Positions 19,921 to 33,206 are shown, counted from the first letter of the stretch. The stretch is DNA of 64,000 nt from an uncultured Rivularia sp. (GCA_963665115.1 OY762007.1:3488001-3552000), one strand, 5' to 3'. Translations and numbers: made by a program. Notes: generated by a model from the sequence alone, not told the origin.

Positions 19921-22875
19921 CTAACTGCTAACTGTAAACGCACCGACACTATCTTGAAGACGTTGGGAAATTTCTACAGTTTTTTGCAGTGAATTAGAAA
20001 CTTCCTCGGAAGAAACGGTAGTGCGCTGCGAGATATCGGCAATATCCTTCATTAAGTGACTAACTTCTTGAGATGTTTGTACTTGAGATGCGGTTGCTTC
20101 GGAAATCGATTTTACTAAAGTGTCTATTTGACGAGAAACTTGTAAAATCTCATTCAAGGAATATTTTGCACCTTCAACAACGCGGGTTCCCTCTACTACC
20201 TGAGAAACTCCAACTTCCATTGATTCTACTAATTCGCTGGTTTCTCGCTGAATATTTTCTACTACTTGCTCGATTTCTTTGGTAGCCGAAGCACTTCTAA
20301 CTGCAAGCTCTCCTACTTCTTCGGCGACTACCGCAAAACCTTGCCCTTCCTCACCCGCACGGGCTGCTTCGATTCCGGCGTTGATTGCTAGCAGGTTGGT
20401 TTGCATGGAAATTTGATTGATTAAGGCTACCACTCTGGTAATTTCTTGAGTCGATTCACCCAAACGTTTTACTTTTTTCGCAGTCTCTCCAACCGTTTCT
20501 CGCAAATGAACAATACTTTCTACCGTTAAATCCATTGCCGCACCACTTTGTGTAGCAGTGGTAGCAGCGGAGTTAGCGACTACAGCAGCTTCATGAGCGT
20601 TTTGTGCTACTGCTTTCATCGAATAAGTCATGCTATCTACAGCATTTAAAGTACGGCTGATTTCCGAAGCTTGGGTTTTAGCTTCTTCTGTTAATTTACC
20701 GATAGCATTAGAGTTTGAACCTAGAGAGTCATTTACTTGAGAAGCTGATGTTTTAACTTCAGTAACAATTTCTCGCAAACTTTCAACAATTGAGTTGAAG
20801 AAATCCGCAACGGTACCAATTTCCCCTTCATTTACATCAGCCCGTACCGTTAAATCGCCAGATGCTGCACCTTCAATATCTTCAAGCAATTCCAGAAGTT
20901 GCATTTGCAGTTTTTCTTTCTGCTCTCTTTCCTGCTCGGAACTAGTTTCGGCTGTTTCACGCTTGTACTGAATCTGTTGTAAAAGTTCGGCTTGCTCTAA
21001 AGCGTAACCACTTTGGATTGCAACTTGTCTAAACAAATTAACTTCTATCTCTTCCCAAGCTCTTGTACCAGTGGAATCATGAGCTGCAAATAAACCGTAT
21101 AGTTTATTATTTACAAAAACTGGTGCTAACAAAAACGCTTTGATATCTAAATCTCTAAGCTGCTCTAAGTAAGATTCAGTCAAGCGTAAATCTTGAATGT
21201 TTTCTACCACTTTGATGCTGCCGAATTCATATTCTTCAGGGTATTCTGTCACCTGATAAGGATCGTTAATTTTTTTCCCTAACACAGTATTCAAAGTATA
21301 ATCCACCGATTCGGCAACTATCTCACCTTGCGATGCATTTAAGCGATAGAAAACCACCCGATTTACCTGTAAAGTTTCTTGGGTAGTTGTTACGACTGTA
21401 TCGAGAATTGTCTCTATACTAAGAGTCTCTCGGATACGACTAGTAATTTGGTTTAACTGTAATGCGATTTTTGCTTCTATTTGCTGACGATAAACTTGTT
21501 CGTTGATTTTCTCAGCCATGCGATTAAAACTAACCGCTAAATCGCCAATTTCATCGGTAGCAAAAACCTCCGCACGAGAAGAGCGATCGCCTGCTTCAAA
21601 TTTCTGTGCTGTTTCTTGTAGGTTTTCAATCGGACGAATCATCCCCCTACGTAAAATTACCCACCAAAGACCAACTAATAGCAATGTGATAAAGATAGTG
21701 AAAGCTTGTATTCCCAAACTTTGTTGAAGCAAACTATTGAACTTTGTTTCAGGAGTTCCCCGTACCAAAATTGCCGGAGGTTGCTTTGAGTAAATAAATT
21801 TTTGTCCTTCAGCTTCTTCAATTATTTGATTGGGAATAGCCTTAGCTGCAACTGTATAATTTACCCCTCCCACGCTAACACCTTGAGTAACTACTTCACC
21901 TCCAGATTTTGCTGCTGCTTCTAATAAAGATTTACTGGAGGGAGGTAAAGGTACATTCGGTGTGGCTCGATCAACATTTCCTTCAGGATTATTCTGAAGA
22001 GATGTGATTAAATTAAATTCTCCTGTTTGGTTTGAATAAACAGCACTGTAACCACCATCAAAAGCCTTCAAAGTTCTTTTTACAATCGCATCTTTTCCGT
22101 TGACAATATCCCCAGAAACTAAAGCAGCTACAACTTCCTGAGTTTGAGGATTTCTAACAGGAGTCACCGTATAGCGAATTAAAGCATCTCGATTGCTCAA
22201 ACCTTCTGGCAGCGGTGGATTCTCTTTACTTAATTCCGATGCTTTAACAATCGCACTGGCTTTAATTTGTTGAGCATCTTGCAAAACTTGATTAACTAAC
22301 CCATTTAATTTGAAAGTCTCACCGGCGCGATCGGTATTAGCATTGACAATAATTTTTAAATCTTTTCCTACTAAAGTCGCATATTCAATATTTCTGGCTT
22401 TTATTTCGTTTTGTAAAATTTGTTTGACCGAATTTCTTAAGTTGCTATCTAAAGGACGGTTGAGAACGTTCAGGGTTGCTGCTCTAATAATCGCAGCATT
22501 ATCCGATTGTCCCCGAAAGCCAAAGCCCATTTGATCTATCTTGATATTGTAATTAATATCCGATACAGCGACTTCTGATTTAGCTTGTTCGCGTAACTGA
22601 GTCCGCAAACCTTGGGTAATAATTAACGTACCTCCGACACCTATTCCTAATATAGATACCAGTTGACAGAAAATTAAAGCAAATAATTGTTTGCGGCTAA
22701 TTGGTAAGTTATAAAACTTCCTTAGCAAAGGATTTCGCATCTTCGATGCAGATGTTTTAACTTGTTTCGTTTGTGGCGATACTTTGGAAGTATAATTCAT
22801 TGCTTTCTCAGAGAATTTTGTCAAGAATATATCTGAAGTTATCTGGTGATTTTTATTATCAGAATTATTGACCAT
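19921..22875 (-). CDS. Methyl-accepting chemotaxis protein (periplasmic domain, HAMP, GAF without chromophore Cys, MA domain)
   Basis: [45 protein letters not shown]. Confidence 0.92.
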   Translation of the reverse strand: MVNNSDNKNHQITSDIFLTKFSEKAMNYTSKVSPQTKQVKTSASKMRNPLLRKFYNLPISRKQLFALIFCQLVSILGIGVGGTLIITQGLRTQLREQAKSEVAVSDINYNIKIDQMGFGFRGQSDNAAIIRAATLNVLNRPLDSNLRNSVKQILQNEIKARNIEYATLVGKDLKIIVNANTDRAGETFKLNGLVNQVLQDAQQIKASAIVKASELSKENPPLPEGLSNRDALIRYTVTPVRNPQTQEVVAALVSGDIVNGKDAIVKRTLKAFDGGYSAVYSNQTGEFNLITSLQNNPEGNVDRATPNVPLPPSSKSLLEAAAKSGGEVVTQGVSVGGVNYTVAAKAIPNQIIEEAEGQKFIYSKQPPAILVRGTPETKFNSLLQQSLGIQAFTIFITLLLVGLWWVILRRGMIRPIENLQETAQKFEAGDRSSRAEVFATDEIGDLAVSFNRMAEKINEQVYRQQIEAKIALQLNQITSRIRETLSIETILDTVVTTTQETLQVNRVVFYRLNASQGEIVAESVDYTLNTVLGKKINDPYQVTEYPEEYEFGSIKVVENIQDLRLTESYLEQLRDLDIKAFLLAPVFVNNKLYGLFAAHDSTGTRAWEEIEVNLFRQVAIQSGYALEQAELLQQIQYKRETAETSSEQEREQKEKLQMQLLELLEDIEGAASGDLTVRADVNEGEIGTVADFFNSIVESLREIVTEVKTSASQVNDSLGSNSNAIGKLTEEAKTQASEISRTLNAVDSMTYSMKAVAQNAHEAAVVANSAATTATQSGAAMDLTVESIVHLRETVGETAKKVKRLGESTQEITRVVALINQISMQTNLLAINAGIEAARAGEEGQGFAVVAEEVGELAVRSASATKEIEQVVENIQRETSELVESMEVGVSQVVEGTRVVEGAKYSLNEILQVSRQIDTLVKSISEATASQVQTSQEVSHLMKDIADISQRTTVSSEEVSNSLQKTVEISQRLQDSVGAFTVSS

Positions 22876-23558
22876 AAGCCGTCTTAAAAGAATTTAGTAA
22901 GCTAGATTAAAACAAAGCTCAGCGGGTTTATAATTATGTGTAAATACTGCTATTTTTAACCTTTATGTGAATAAACTTTATACTATATTTGAAGCGCTAG
23001 ATTTAAATTCGGTTAAACTTTATAATGCCATATTCCAACAAGTTGACAACCATTAAACTAAGAAGAATATTTATAACAGATTGTCTGCAATCGATAGATA
23101 ATCTTGCTTAATAGCAATTATCTCAGACAAAAGAAAAATATTGCAATATGTTTGTTTTCATAATTAATTTACAATATTATCTTTAAAATCTATGTATATT
23201 AAGTAACTCAGAGTCTTTAATTAGATGAACAATTATTAAAAAAAATATTGATGTTAGGTAACTACACTCATTTAATAATCATTATCGCTTAACAATCAAG
23301 CAAATAGCTGTAAGCTTATATTAAAGATATTCTTTTTTAAAGTAATTTTTTCAACAAGAAAATGTATAGATTAAAAATTTAATTACAGATGCAGCAAGTT
23401 TATTTTTCGGCTTGCTGATGAGCAATATACTTTGATACTTACCCCGCCGTATTGCTCTCTTATCCTTAGCAAAGAGAGGGGAAGGGGTGAGGTTTCGAGT
23501 GTATTAGACTCAACTGAAAATCACGAATAAATAGTACGTTTCATTAATCCCAAGGTAT

Positions 23559-23586
23559 TGTAGAGACGTAGCAGTGCTACGTCTCC
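23559..23586. repeat. TGTAGAGACG...CGTCTC REP-like hairpin
   Basis: Family copies also occur at 5546, 19803 and 44170, with a degenerate one at ~45386. Confidence 0.75.
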
Positions 23587-23772
23587 AAGCTTAAAAAAAA
23601 ACCGGCATTAACAATACCAGGTTTCTTCATTCTTAAAAGTAATTAAAATAAAAATATCTTTTTGGTACAAATAAATTTATGGATTTAAAATAAAACTTCT
23701 TCAAAAATGCTAACTCAACAAAAAACGGAGTTACGAGTTGTAATTTATCAACTCATAACTCATGCAATTCCA

Positions 23773-26700
23773 TCATTGACTCTTACTGACTCCAGTTACA
23801 GAAAAGATCATGTCGTCTAATGTTCGCAGTAATTCTTGTTCGTTGTATGGTTTAGAGAAGTAAGCCCTAGCACCTAATTGCATTGCTAATTGCCGGTGTT
23901 TATTACTACTACGAGAAGTAAGCATGGCAACGGGTATATTTTTCAAGTCGCCATTTGATTTTACTCTACCTAAAAAGCCGTAACCATCTACACGAGGCAT
24001 TTCTATATCGCAAATTACAGCCTGTACGCTCAAACCACTGTGAAGTTTTTCTAAAGCGTCTTGCCCATCTTTTGCTTGTTCGACTAGATACCCTCCTTTC
24101 TCCAAGGTTAATGCTAAGAAGCGCCGGACGTTGATTGAATCATCTACAATCAAAATCGTACCTTTGCCTTTAGTTATGTGTTCTACAGCTTGTTCTTCTG
24201 TTTGATTTAAGAAAGCTGTTTTTAACCTTGTTGATGGCAGTTGATTATTTTTAGGAGTACGTTCGTTGGTAGCTATCCAGTAAAGTAACTCCCCGACGTT
24301 AGCTAAAGCTACTACCCTTCCATCACCAAGAACCGTACAGTTGTTAAAGCCCGAGGGTAAAGGTATATCTCCTTCAACACGACGAATCGCAACTTCCATT
24401 TCTCCCCAACAACGGTCAATTTTGATTGCTACTAACTGATTGCTATTTTTGACAATTAATACGCTGGTAGCATTAATTGCTGGAGGAGTTTCTAAATCAG
24501 GGTTGTTGTAACGAGGACAGTTAAACTGTAAATAATCAGTCAGTCCAATTAAAGGTACAGTTTTTCCTTGCCAATTTAGAACTTGCCCGCCACCTACAGG
24601 GGAAACTTGTTCTTCATCGAGTAAGAATATTTCTTCAACAACATCTGTGGGGAAAGCTAGTAACATTCTACTGCTTTCTACCAATAGAACTCGGGAAACC
24701 GAGAGTGTGAAAGGCATTGACAGCGTAAAGGTGGTTCCAACTCCCGCTTCAGTATCAACTTTAATATCTCCCCTGACTTGTTTGAGGTTGTTACGAACCA
24801 CATCCATACCCACACCACGACCAGATAATGTTGTAACTTGGTCGGATGTTGTAAATCCAGGTTCAAAAATCAACGATAATATTTCTTCGTCGGTAGCTTG
24901 ATTAATCAAAGATTCATCCAAGCCCATTCCAATAGCGCGATCGCGAATTTTCTCTAAGGAAATACCGTTACCATCATCTTGCATGGTAATTATGGTGCGA
25001 TTGGAACGGTTAGCGGCTTTGATTTCAATCAAACCTTGTTCTGGTTTTCCTTTCTGTTTTCTGACAGGTGGTTTCTCAATGCCGTGATCGAAGGCATTTC
25101 TCAGCAAGTGCATTAAGGGGTCGTTTAAAGCTTCTAAAATGCTCCTCTCAATGAGAATGTTACCGCCTTCTATTTTTAATTGAGCATTTTTACCATATTC
25201 TACGCATAAATCGCGCAAAGCCCTGGGAAAACGGTCGGTTAAATCGGATAGCGGACGCATCCGTACTTGAGTCAGCTTGCGCTGTAATTGCTTTGAGGTT
25301 TTATTTAATTTCCGCGAAATATTATCTGTATCGTCAAGGCTTATTTGGACATCTGTTGTCACCTCTTGCACCATGACGATGGTTTCCATCACTTCTTGGG
25401 AAAGTAGGTTCAACTCGTTGTAGCGGTCCATTTCTAAAGCATCAAATCCATTATTAATGCTATCCGAATCGTAATCATTACTATCAATATTTCCACCGTT
25501 TCCTGGAACTAAGGCAAAAGTCGGAACTGTGGATTTTACTGTAGTTTGAGTAGATATTTTATCGTATGCAGTACGCAAATGTTGATTTTCGCGGTCTAAA
25601 ACTTGCACTCTTTGTCCAAGATTGCGAACTAATTTACGCAATCTTTCCATTTGCAAGTTTAGTCCGTTGCGTTGAATAATCAGTTCGCCGAATAAATCGT
25701 TGATTTCTTCAAGTTGCTTGCTGGGAACCCGGACTGTATTTTCGACTGATTCACTTTTAGCCGCAACTGGTTCGGGTTTGCGTTCGACAAATGGTTGGGC
25801 TACAGTAGCAGGAATTTCTTGAGCGCCGGGTGTATGTACCTCCACATCATCGAATTCCGAAGCAGCGCTTTCTTGAGCAAAAGCCGCTTCTAAAGCTTCA
25901 AAATCTGCCGTAATTACATCGTCAACAAGCCAATCTTGTTCTGCTGTATTTTCTACTAATTCTATTTCTTCTACTGTTTCTGCTTCTTGTATTTCTGGTA
26001 TTTCTATTGATTGTGTAAAATCCGATTCTAATTCTAGTGGTGCAATAGCTCCCAAAGATTCAGTCTCACCAAGTTCACCAAGTTCCAACTGTGTAGGTAA
26101 GCTTTCAGTCTGAGAAGTTAGAACCAAAGCCTGAGAACGTCGCCAACCAGCAAGGGCTGCATTGGCAATTTCTTCAACTTGCTCGGGTGGTGCAACTTCT
26201 AAGTGATATTGAACTGATTCGCAATAACTGCTAAAAGCCTGTAGTTGCAGCATTTCACCCAAACCAGCCAATTCTGCTGCCATAATAGCAACTTCTTCTT
26301 TTAGGCAAGGTTGCTCGCTGTCTGCCAATACAGATTCCAGACGCTGCAAACAGCCTTCCACTTCCGTTTCAAACAGCAGCGGAATAATATCTTGTCCATC
26401 TTCAGGAGACAGCATTGAAGAAGCATCTTCCGGAGTCGGATCGCCCAAACGCTCGTGCAATTCCTCAAAAACCGGATAGCAAAAACTTGCTAGCCACTGC
26501 TCTTCTAACTCATGCCCTTCTGAATGCAGTTCTACTATTTGTCGCAGCCAATCAACACCGGAAAGAAGCAGACTCTGTAACTGAGTATCTACTTCCAGAG
26601 AACTTTTTCTAGTTTTGAGAACTTTGAACGAATCTTCCAGACGGTGAGCCAAATCGCTCAAAGAGCGAAATCCCATCATCGCCGCTCCTCCTTTGATGGA

Positions 26701-26851
26701 ATGAGCGGCCCCGAAGCGCACCGTTTATCTTTTCCAAATCGATGCGGTTGCTGGTGTCGATGTCTAGCAATACCCCTTCAATAGTGTTGAGGTAGTCGCT
26801 AGCTTCCTCCAGAAACTGCATCTGGATTTCAAACTCTTTGTCCTGTGACAT
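23773..26851 (-). CDS. cheA: CheA-like hybrid kinase (Hpt-HATPase-CheW-REC; PixL/PtxE-like) with one frameshift at 26709-26712
   Basis: QFLEEA...RAAHSIKGGA (Hpt restored by removing one base), HLLRNAFDHGIE, SGRGVGMDVV and a C-terminal receiver. Confidence 0.92.
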
Positions 26852-26867
26852 ATTATTTGTCCCTAGC

Positions 26868-26932
26868 CATTAGTCATCAGTTATTAGTTGTTAGTTGTTA
26901 GTTTTTAGTTCTTAGTTGTTAGTTCTTAGTTA
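26868..26932. repeat. Heptameric STRR-type tandem repeat
   Basis: About 8 degenerate TTAGTTG/TTAGTTC units. Confidence 0.8.
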
Positions 26933-26972
26933 TTTATAACCACAAACTTCCGAAGCTAGTAACCAATTACTC

Positions 26973-29792
26973 TTAACTGACCTTAAATGTACCGACACTT
27001 TCCTGTAATTGTTGGGAAATTGCAACGGTTTGTTGCAACGATTCGGAAACTTGACGAGAAGAACTACTAGTACGCTGTGAAACAGCAGCAATTTCTTTCA
27101 TCAAAACGCTAACCTGGTGAGATGTTTCTACACCGCGATTTGTAGTTGTAGAAATCGACTGTACCAAGTCATCTATTTGGCGCGAAACCTCTAAAATCTG
27201 ACTTAATGACAGCTTAGCATCTTCCACAATATGCGTTCCTTCAACCACCTGCGATACTCCTACTTCCATTGCTTGGACAACATCGGTAGTTTCGCGCTGA
27301 ATATTTTCGACAATTTGTTCTATCTCGTTAGTCGCAGCAGCACTTCTTGCAGCTAATTCGCCGACTTCTTCCGCAACCACAGCAAAACCTTGACCTTCCT
27401 CACCAGCCCGTGCTGCTTCGATTCCAGCGTTAATTGCCAATAAGTTGGTTTGCATGGAAATTTGGTTAATCAATGCTACCACACGAGAAATTTGCTGCGT
27501 GGATTCACCCAAACGTTTTACTTTTTTAGCAGTTTCGCCTACGGTTTCTCGTAAACCTAAAATATTTTGTACCGTCAATTCCATCGCTTTCCCAGAATTT
27601 GCAGCGGTACTTCTAGCGGTATTGGCGATCGCCGCAGCTTCTTGAGCATTCTGTGCAACTGCCTGCATCGATTGTGTCATTTCATCAACAGCATCCAAGG
27701 TGCTAGTGATTTCTGCTGCTTGGGCAAGGGCTTGTTCTGCTAAGTCGTTAATTGCACCAGAGTTGTCACCAATCGCTTGATTTACCTCAATCGCTGAGGT
27801 TTGAACTTGGGTAACGATATCGCGCAAACTTTCCACAATCGAGTTGAAAAAGTCGGCTACCGTTCCAATGTCTCCAGCAGTAACATCAGCACGTACCGTT
27901 AAGTCACCTTGAGCAGCACCTTCTACTTCACTTAGCAACTCAATCAACTGCATTTGCAGTTCTTCTTTCTGATGTCTTTCGTCATCGGAATCAGTTTGGG
28001 CTAACTGTCGGGCTTTCTCAACTTCCTCCAACAGTTTGGCTTGTTCTAAAGCAAAACCGATTTGAGTTGCCAGTTGTTTAAACAAATCAATTTCTTGTTG
28101 CTGCCATTCTCGCGGAGTTTCACAATTATGAGCAATCAACAAACCCATCAAATTGTCGTGAATCAAAATTGGTGCAACTAAATTAGCTTTAACTGCAAAC
28201 TGTTCCAACATTTGCACGTAGCAGTCGGCTTTCTTCAAACCAGCATCATCGTAAATATTGGCGATCGCCCGTACCCGACCGTTTTTATACATTTGTACTT
28301 GACGTTCGCGGAAACAGGGATCGTCAATATAAACTCCTTTCATTTTGGGGAATCCAGCACTTACCGATTCGGCAACTACCGCTCCATCCCAATCGGGATT
28401 AAATTCGTAAATAACAACTCTATCTGTTTTCAAAGCTTGACGAATTTCTCTAACTGCCGTTTTCTCAATATCGTCTACTTTGAGGCTTCTACGGATACGT
28501 ATAGTAATATCTGCTTTTAGCTTTTCCCTTGCAGCTTCAGCTTCTTGTTCTTTGAGCAGCAGTTGTAATTGAGAAGCCATTTGATTGATGTTGGCATTTA
28601 ACAACCCAATTTCATCTTCGCCTTCCACATCCAAACGGGTATTGAATTGACCTTTACCCAGTTTTGCAACTGCTTGTGTAGCATCCAAAATCGGCTGCGT
28701 AGCTCGTTTTGCTAACCAAGCTGCAATAGCTGCTACAGCTACTGCCGTTAACAACGTTCCTACAGCGATAGTTAATAGTAAATTTCTTTGCGGCATAAAT
28801 GCAGTCTCAGCATCTATGGCTAAAACTACATCCCAATTCAAAGCTGGTAAGCCTTCTATTTGTATTTGTTCTGTTGATGGGATGTAACTTACTAATTCTG
28901 CTTCGGAATGGTCTTTATGTTTGATAACATCTGTAAAAGCTTTTTCTACATCAGCTTTTTGAGATACTTCTGGATATTCTTCCGCAAGTGCTTTACCTAC
29001 ATATTCTCCTTCCGCACTGAGAAAAATCTTATTTTGGGCATCAGCGATATGATATTTTTGCGCGGAACCAGTATAATTTTTAACTACATTTTCTAATGAT
29101 TTAACCGGCATCCTAGCAATCACTACAGATGTAATTTGTTCGCTACCAGGGTTCTTGATCGGAGCAGCAGTATAAATGAAGCCATTACCGTTATAAATTA
29201 TTGGCTCACTGATAACAGCATTTCCACTATTTTTAGCTTGCTTGAAATAATTTATATTACCTTGATTGCTAAAATTAGTTCTTTGAGATTGAACAATTGC
29301 ATCTCCATTTAAGTTAAAAACGCCGATGCCATCATATACTTTATATGTATTCACGTAATCATCCAGTACTGCCTTTTTTTGAGCAGAATTTGTCCCTGAG
29401 CTTTTGATAGTTGGCAGATTCGAGATTACCTGAATATCGCCATAACGCTCAAACATGAAGCGGTTAACTTTATCTGCAAAACCTTTTGTCTCTACTTGCT
29501 GTAAACTAAAAACTTTGTTCCTTAGTGAGTTACTGGCGGCAATATAGCCTCCCAATCCAATAGCGAACACTGGAACCGTCACCATTGCGATCGCCAAAAT
29601 TGTAGTTTTGGTACTCAAGCTCAATCGCTTAAATCGAGCCATTAAACCATTAGAGGAAACATTGCCAGTATTTCCTACAGTCATTTGTGTGGAAGATAGT
29701 TGTACTGCATTATCAGTCTTACTAGAAGATGAAATAAGTGATGCCTCCGCAGGGACATCACCACTCTTAGCCGAATCAGTTTTATTAAGCAT
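26973..29792 (-). CDS. Photoreceptor MCP (Cache-HAMP-cyanobacteriochrome GAF-MA; PixJ/PtxD-like)
   Basis: GAF with DDPCF (DXCF motif) and a canonical-position Cys in 'ADCYVQML'; MA signature. Confidence 0.88.
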   Translation of the reverse strand: MLNKTDSAKSGDVPAEASLISSSSKTDNAVQLSSTQMTVGNTGNVSSNGLMARFKRLSLSTKTTILAIAMVTVPVFAIGLGGYIAASNSLRNKVFSLQQVETKGFADKVNRFMFERYGDIQVISNLPTIKSSGTNSAQKKAVLDDYVNTYKVYDGIGVFNLNGDAIVQSQRTNFSNQGNINYFKQAKNSGNAVISEPIIYNGNGFIYTAAPIKNPGSEQITSVVIARMPVKSLENVVKNYTGSAQKYHIADAQNKIFLSAEGEYVGKALAEEYPEVSQKADVEKAFTDVIKHKDHSEAELVSYIPSTEQIQIEGLPALNWDVVLAIDAETAFMPQRNLLLTIAVGTLLTAVAVAAIAAWLAKRATQPILDATQAVAKLGKGQFNTRLDVEGEDEIGLLNANINQMASQLQLLLKEQEAEAAREKLKADITIRIRRSLKVDDIEKTAVREIRQALKTDRVVIYEFNPDWDGAVVAESVSAGFPKMKGVYIDDPCFRERQVQMYKNGRVRAIANIYDDAGLKKADCYVQMLEQFAVKANLVAPILIHDNLMGLLIAHNCETPREWQQQEIDLFKQLATQIGFALEQAKLLEEVEKARQLAQTDSDDERHQKEELQMQLIELLSEVEGAAQGDLTVRADVTAGDIGTVADFFNSIVESLRDIVTQVQTSAIEVNQAIGDNSGAINDLAEQALAQAAEITSTLDAVDEMTQSMQAVAQNAQEAAAIANTARSTAANSGKAMELTVQNILGLRETVGETAKKVKRLGESTQQISRVVALINQISMQTNLLAINAGIEAARAGEEGQGFAVVAEEVGELAARSAAATNEIEQIVENIQRETTDVVQAMEVGVSQVVEGTHIVEDAKLSLSQILEVSRQIDDLVQSISTTTNRGVETSHQVSVLMKEIAAVSQRTSSSSRQVSESLQQTVAISQQLQESVGTFKVS

Positions 29793-29854
29793 AAATTAAT
29801 TGCCCAGTCGTGGTAAATTATTACACTAAACATCTATAAAATTTGTATTACACC

Positions 29855-30359
29855 CTACTCACTACGGAGATTAGAAGAATGCACTATCGCTTGTGCATCT
29901 AATACCAGTAATATTTCCTTTTGTTGAACAATGCATCCGCGTAAATAGGGAACTAAACTAGATGCAACCTGACCTATCGGAGAACCAATTTCGTCACTGT
30001 TAAACCTGAGAGTACCGACAATTTCATGTACTACTAAACCCAAAATCATCGAATCAGTACGAACAATGATTACACTGTACTGTCGGGGGCGATTCTGAGC
30101 GGATTGTAGATTGAGTATCTTGGGTAAGTCAACTACCCAAACGATACGACTTCGCCAATTCATTAATCCCAAAATACCGAAAGGCATATTGGGCATAGCT
30201 GTTACGGATTCTACAGACACAACCATTGCTTCTTGTGTCTGGTTCATCGACAAAATCGCAGGAGTTTGGGGGTTTATAAAAAACTTGAGATAACCATCCC
30301 CTAAGCTATCTTTGTCACGGTTTCTGTGCGTTAGCTAACGTAATGCTTGAATTATTCAT
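29855..30359 (-). CDS. cheW: CheW adaptor with a frameshift near 30319-30323
   Basis: ATG at 30359 overlaps the cheY stop; removing one base links it to LGDGYLKF...MPNMP..ILGLMNWRSRIVWVVDL. Confidence 0.88.
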
Positions 30360-30741
30360 TGATTAAAATTGCTACTGATTTGATCGCACGTAAAAGTTCT
30401 TCACGAGTATAAGGCTTTGTCACATAGGCATCAGCACCTTGTCTCATTGCCCATAAACGGTCAATCTCTTGATTTTTAGAACTGCAAATAACTATCGGAA
30501 GTTTCTGAGTCTCTGGATTTTTTTTCAGAGAACGACAAAGTTCAAAACCACTCATTCCCGGCATAACTACATCTGTAATAACTGCATCGGGTTTTTCTGA
30601 TTCCAACTTTTTTAATGCTTCCGTTCCGCCTGTAGCTTTTATTACTTTATATCCACTTTCATTTAAAAAATGACTTATTAATTCCAATTCACTAGGTGAA
30701 TCTTCTACAACTAAAATCGTTCCAAGTAAGGTAAGACTCAT
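30352..30741 (-). CDS. CheY-like response regulator (PixH/PilH-like)
   Basis: ILVVEDS, TDVVMPGMSGFELCR and DRLWAMRQGADAYVTKP. Confidence 0.93.
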   Translation of the reverse strand: MSLTLLGTILVVEDSPSELELISHFLNESGYKVIKATGGTEALKKLESEKPDAVITDVVMPGMSGFELCRSLKKNPETQKLPIVICSSKNQEIDRLWAMRQGADAYVTKPYTREELLRAIKSVAILINE

Positions 30742-30816
30742 TTTTATATATCCCAAGTTAGTTTAATCAGCATCTATTAAATTAGGTTACTATTATTCGC
30801 GGTAAATATTGAGATA

Positions 30817-31899
30817 TTAGCTGATATGCTTGAACACCACCTTTAACAAATCTGACTGTGTAAAAGGTTTAGTTAAATAGCCAGAAGCCCTCACCATCTT
30901 TGCTTTCGCTCTATCTATAAATCCAGTCCTCCCTGTTACCATAACGATAGGAATATTTTTAAAAGCCGAATGTCTTCGTAGCAAGGAACACAATTCATAA
31001 CCATCTAAATTTGGCATTTCCACGTCTAGTAAAATTAAGTCTGGCTTACTACGGAGAATTTGCATCAATGCTTTTACAGGATCGTTGATTGTAACAACCG
31101 AAAATTGCTCTTCATCTAAAAAACGTTTAATAGATTTCAAGATAGTTAAACTATCATCAATACAAGCAACTGTATATAATCGTTCTTTTGTACTTTTTGA
31201 AATATTTGTATTGTTGTTAACTTGACTTTTCTCTAAACTTCCTAAATCTGTTTGCTGAGATACCTGTTTCTCAGGTTCTGATAATGGCTTTGCTTGAATA
31301 GATAGTGCATTTGCGTTATTAACTACAGGTGAGACTTGTTGTGGTGTAACTTGCCCTCTTTCTACACGCCGACTTCTCAACCGTTTTTGAACACTTTCTA
31401 TCAAAGAACGTAAATCCAGATGACAGAATGAAGGTAGTTTTAATAAAGGATGTTCGCTCCTAAATTCGTAACTTCCCTCTTTTATTGTAAGAAACGATTC
31501 TAATACTACATGCGCTAATTCAGTTACTAAAATTTCTGCTTGGGGATAAGTGATATAGTCTCCATCAACTAACCAGCAAATTGCTTGATAATCGGCTTGA
31601 GAAGTTGACTCTTCTAGATCTTTAGTTTCAAAAATCATTCGCATTTGCACTCGTGCCGAACTATTCAGAGTCGGGATTTGCTGGTTCAACCGTCGCAAGT
31701 GAGTATCAAGTCGTTCAAATAGCTTATCTGAGGAAGAAGCATAGATCAGTTTACCTTCATCCATATAGATAGACCAAGAATTGGACTTAGTAAATACTCT
31801 TAAGCAACCTGTAGCACGACGGCTGCTAATCTGTGCTAGCAAAGATAGCGGATGGAGTTTCTGGAATAATTTGTAACTATCTATAGGTGTTGTACTCAT
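30817..31899 (-). CDS. PatA-family response regulator (PATAN plus REC)
   Basis: N-terminal ATGCLRV...W.IY...GKLIYAS; C-terminal VACIDDS...DVEMPNLDGYELC. Confidence 0.9.
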   Translation of the reverse strand: MSTTPIDSYKLFQKLHPLSLLAQISSRRATGCLRVFTKSNSWSIYMDEGKLIYASSSDKLFERLDTHLRRLNQQIPTLNSSARVQMRMIFETKDLEESTSQADYQAICWLVDGDYITYPQAEILVTELAHVVLESFLTIKEGSYEFRSEHPLLKLPSFCHLDLRSLIESVQKRLRSRRVERGQVTPQQVSPVVNNANALSIQAKPLSEPEKQVSQQTDLGSLEKSQVNNNTNISKSTKERLYTVACIDDSLTILKSIKRFLDEEQFSVVTINDPVKALMQILRSKPDLILLDVEMPNLDGYELCSLLRRHSAFKNIPIVMVTGRTGFIDRAKAKMVRASGYLTKPFTQSDLLKVVFKHIS

Positions 31900-32908
31900 T
31901 TTGCCCTTATGACTATTAAATTTAATAAAATCCAGTCAAACTGTTACCGATTTGTCTTGCTATTTAAAAAATATTCTTTATATATCTTGGTAATAAATAG
32001 AACTACATATATTATCTAGATATGTGACATTGATTTGGTAAATAACCATTTATGAGTAGTTTAATTCTTTTCAGCAGTTCAATTACAGTAATACGACGGA
32101 CTTGTACCGACATTAACAGACATTCTTAGATAACAAGTAAAAAAAGGATGAAGACTACTTAAAGCTACTAAGTATTTTACTTATACAATTTGATTCTTTA
32201 AGCAATACGCGAAGGTTCAATATTGTACATTTTAATTATGTATTCAGTATTACCACTTAAGTATAATACAGTTGTTGGCTTTGAGACTTGTAGTAGCGAT
32301 TGTTATACCTAATGTATTTTATTTTTTTGATAACCTGTATAAAATTTTTCTTTATTATTATTTATTCATCAATAATTAAAAATATCGGAGATTAGTTTTA
32401 ACTCCGAAATATTGCAGCCTTTATATTAAAGTAGCTATCAGCAAATATAAAGTTTAAATTTATACATTATAAAACTTAATATTGTGCAATTTGACTGTAT
32501 TTACATATTTATCGAGTTAGTTGCGAACATTGAGAGGCTAATATTAATAATCAGACAGCAAAACACAGCATAATGAAACTTTAATTTCTAATTGACGGTT
32601 AATTAAATTTAGTTAAGCATATTAAATATAGGCATTTAGTTATACATTGATGAGACTTATCTAATTGATGTAATATCATAGTTCTTTCTAAAGGAATACA
32701 CTTCTCAAAAATTGCGTCAAACTCAGTTTTAAATTAATTAAAATTATCTACCGTTGCGTTTTGATAGATATTGCTTTCGGAAAACTTACTTATTTAATTT
32801 TTACACATGGCAAGTATGAGATCGTTGATGTTGCGAACGTCATATTTACATAAAAAAATATGTAAAGTTATATAAAATCCACAGTTAATTACTGACCGAA
32901 AATAATGG

Positions 32909-33080
32909 GATACAAGCCCCGTCCTTGTAGGACGGCTTTATGGTAAATTGGGGAATAGTCGCCATAGGGCATTGGGAGACTTTAAACGGACATGGAGGGA
33001 AGGTAAGACTAATTTTAATTAGCGCATCCCAGGGAAGTGTCAAGGAATCCTCGACCGTTTACGGCGGGGAGGTATGTCAA
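32909..33080 (+). mobile_element. Non-autonomous IS200/IS605 derivative (left end fused to the tnpB 3' tail and right end)
   Basis: Left-end-like hairpin CAAGCCCCGTCCTTGTAGGACGGCTT; TnpB-tail-like peptide IVAIGHWETLNGHGGKVRL; right end GAATCCTCGACCGTTTACGGCGGGGAGGTATGTCAA. Confidence 0.75.
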
Positions 33081-33206
33081 CCTTATTCCATATTAACAAC
33101 AAGAACCCCCCTTTTATTCAAGGGGGGAATTCGAGGAATCCAAATTTATAAATATTAAATTCTTCGTTGTCGCAGTGTAAATCCCATTACAACGAAAAAT
33201 AAAAAA

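Noticed and set aside
26609..26851. Separate small gene or programmed frameshift in cheA
   Set aside because: It is the Hpt N-terminus of CheA. One extra base explains it, and no slippery heptamer was seen.
32940..33158. 72-aa ORF as a real gene
   Set aside because: It is better explained as the leftover TnpB tail of the mini-element running into flanking sequence.
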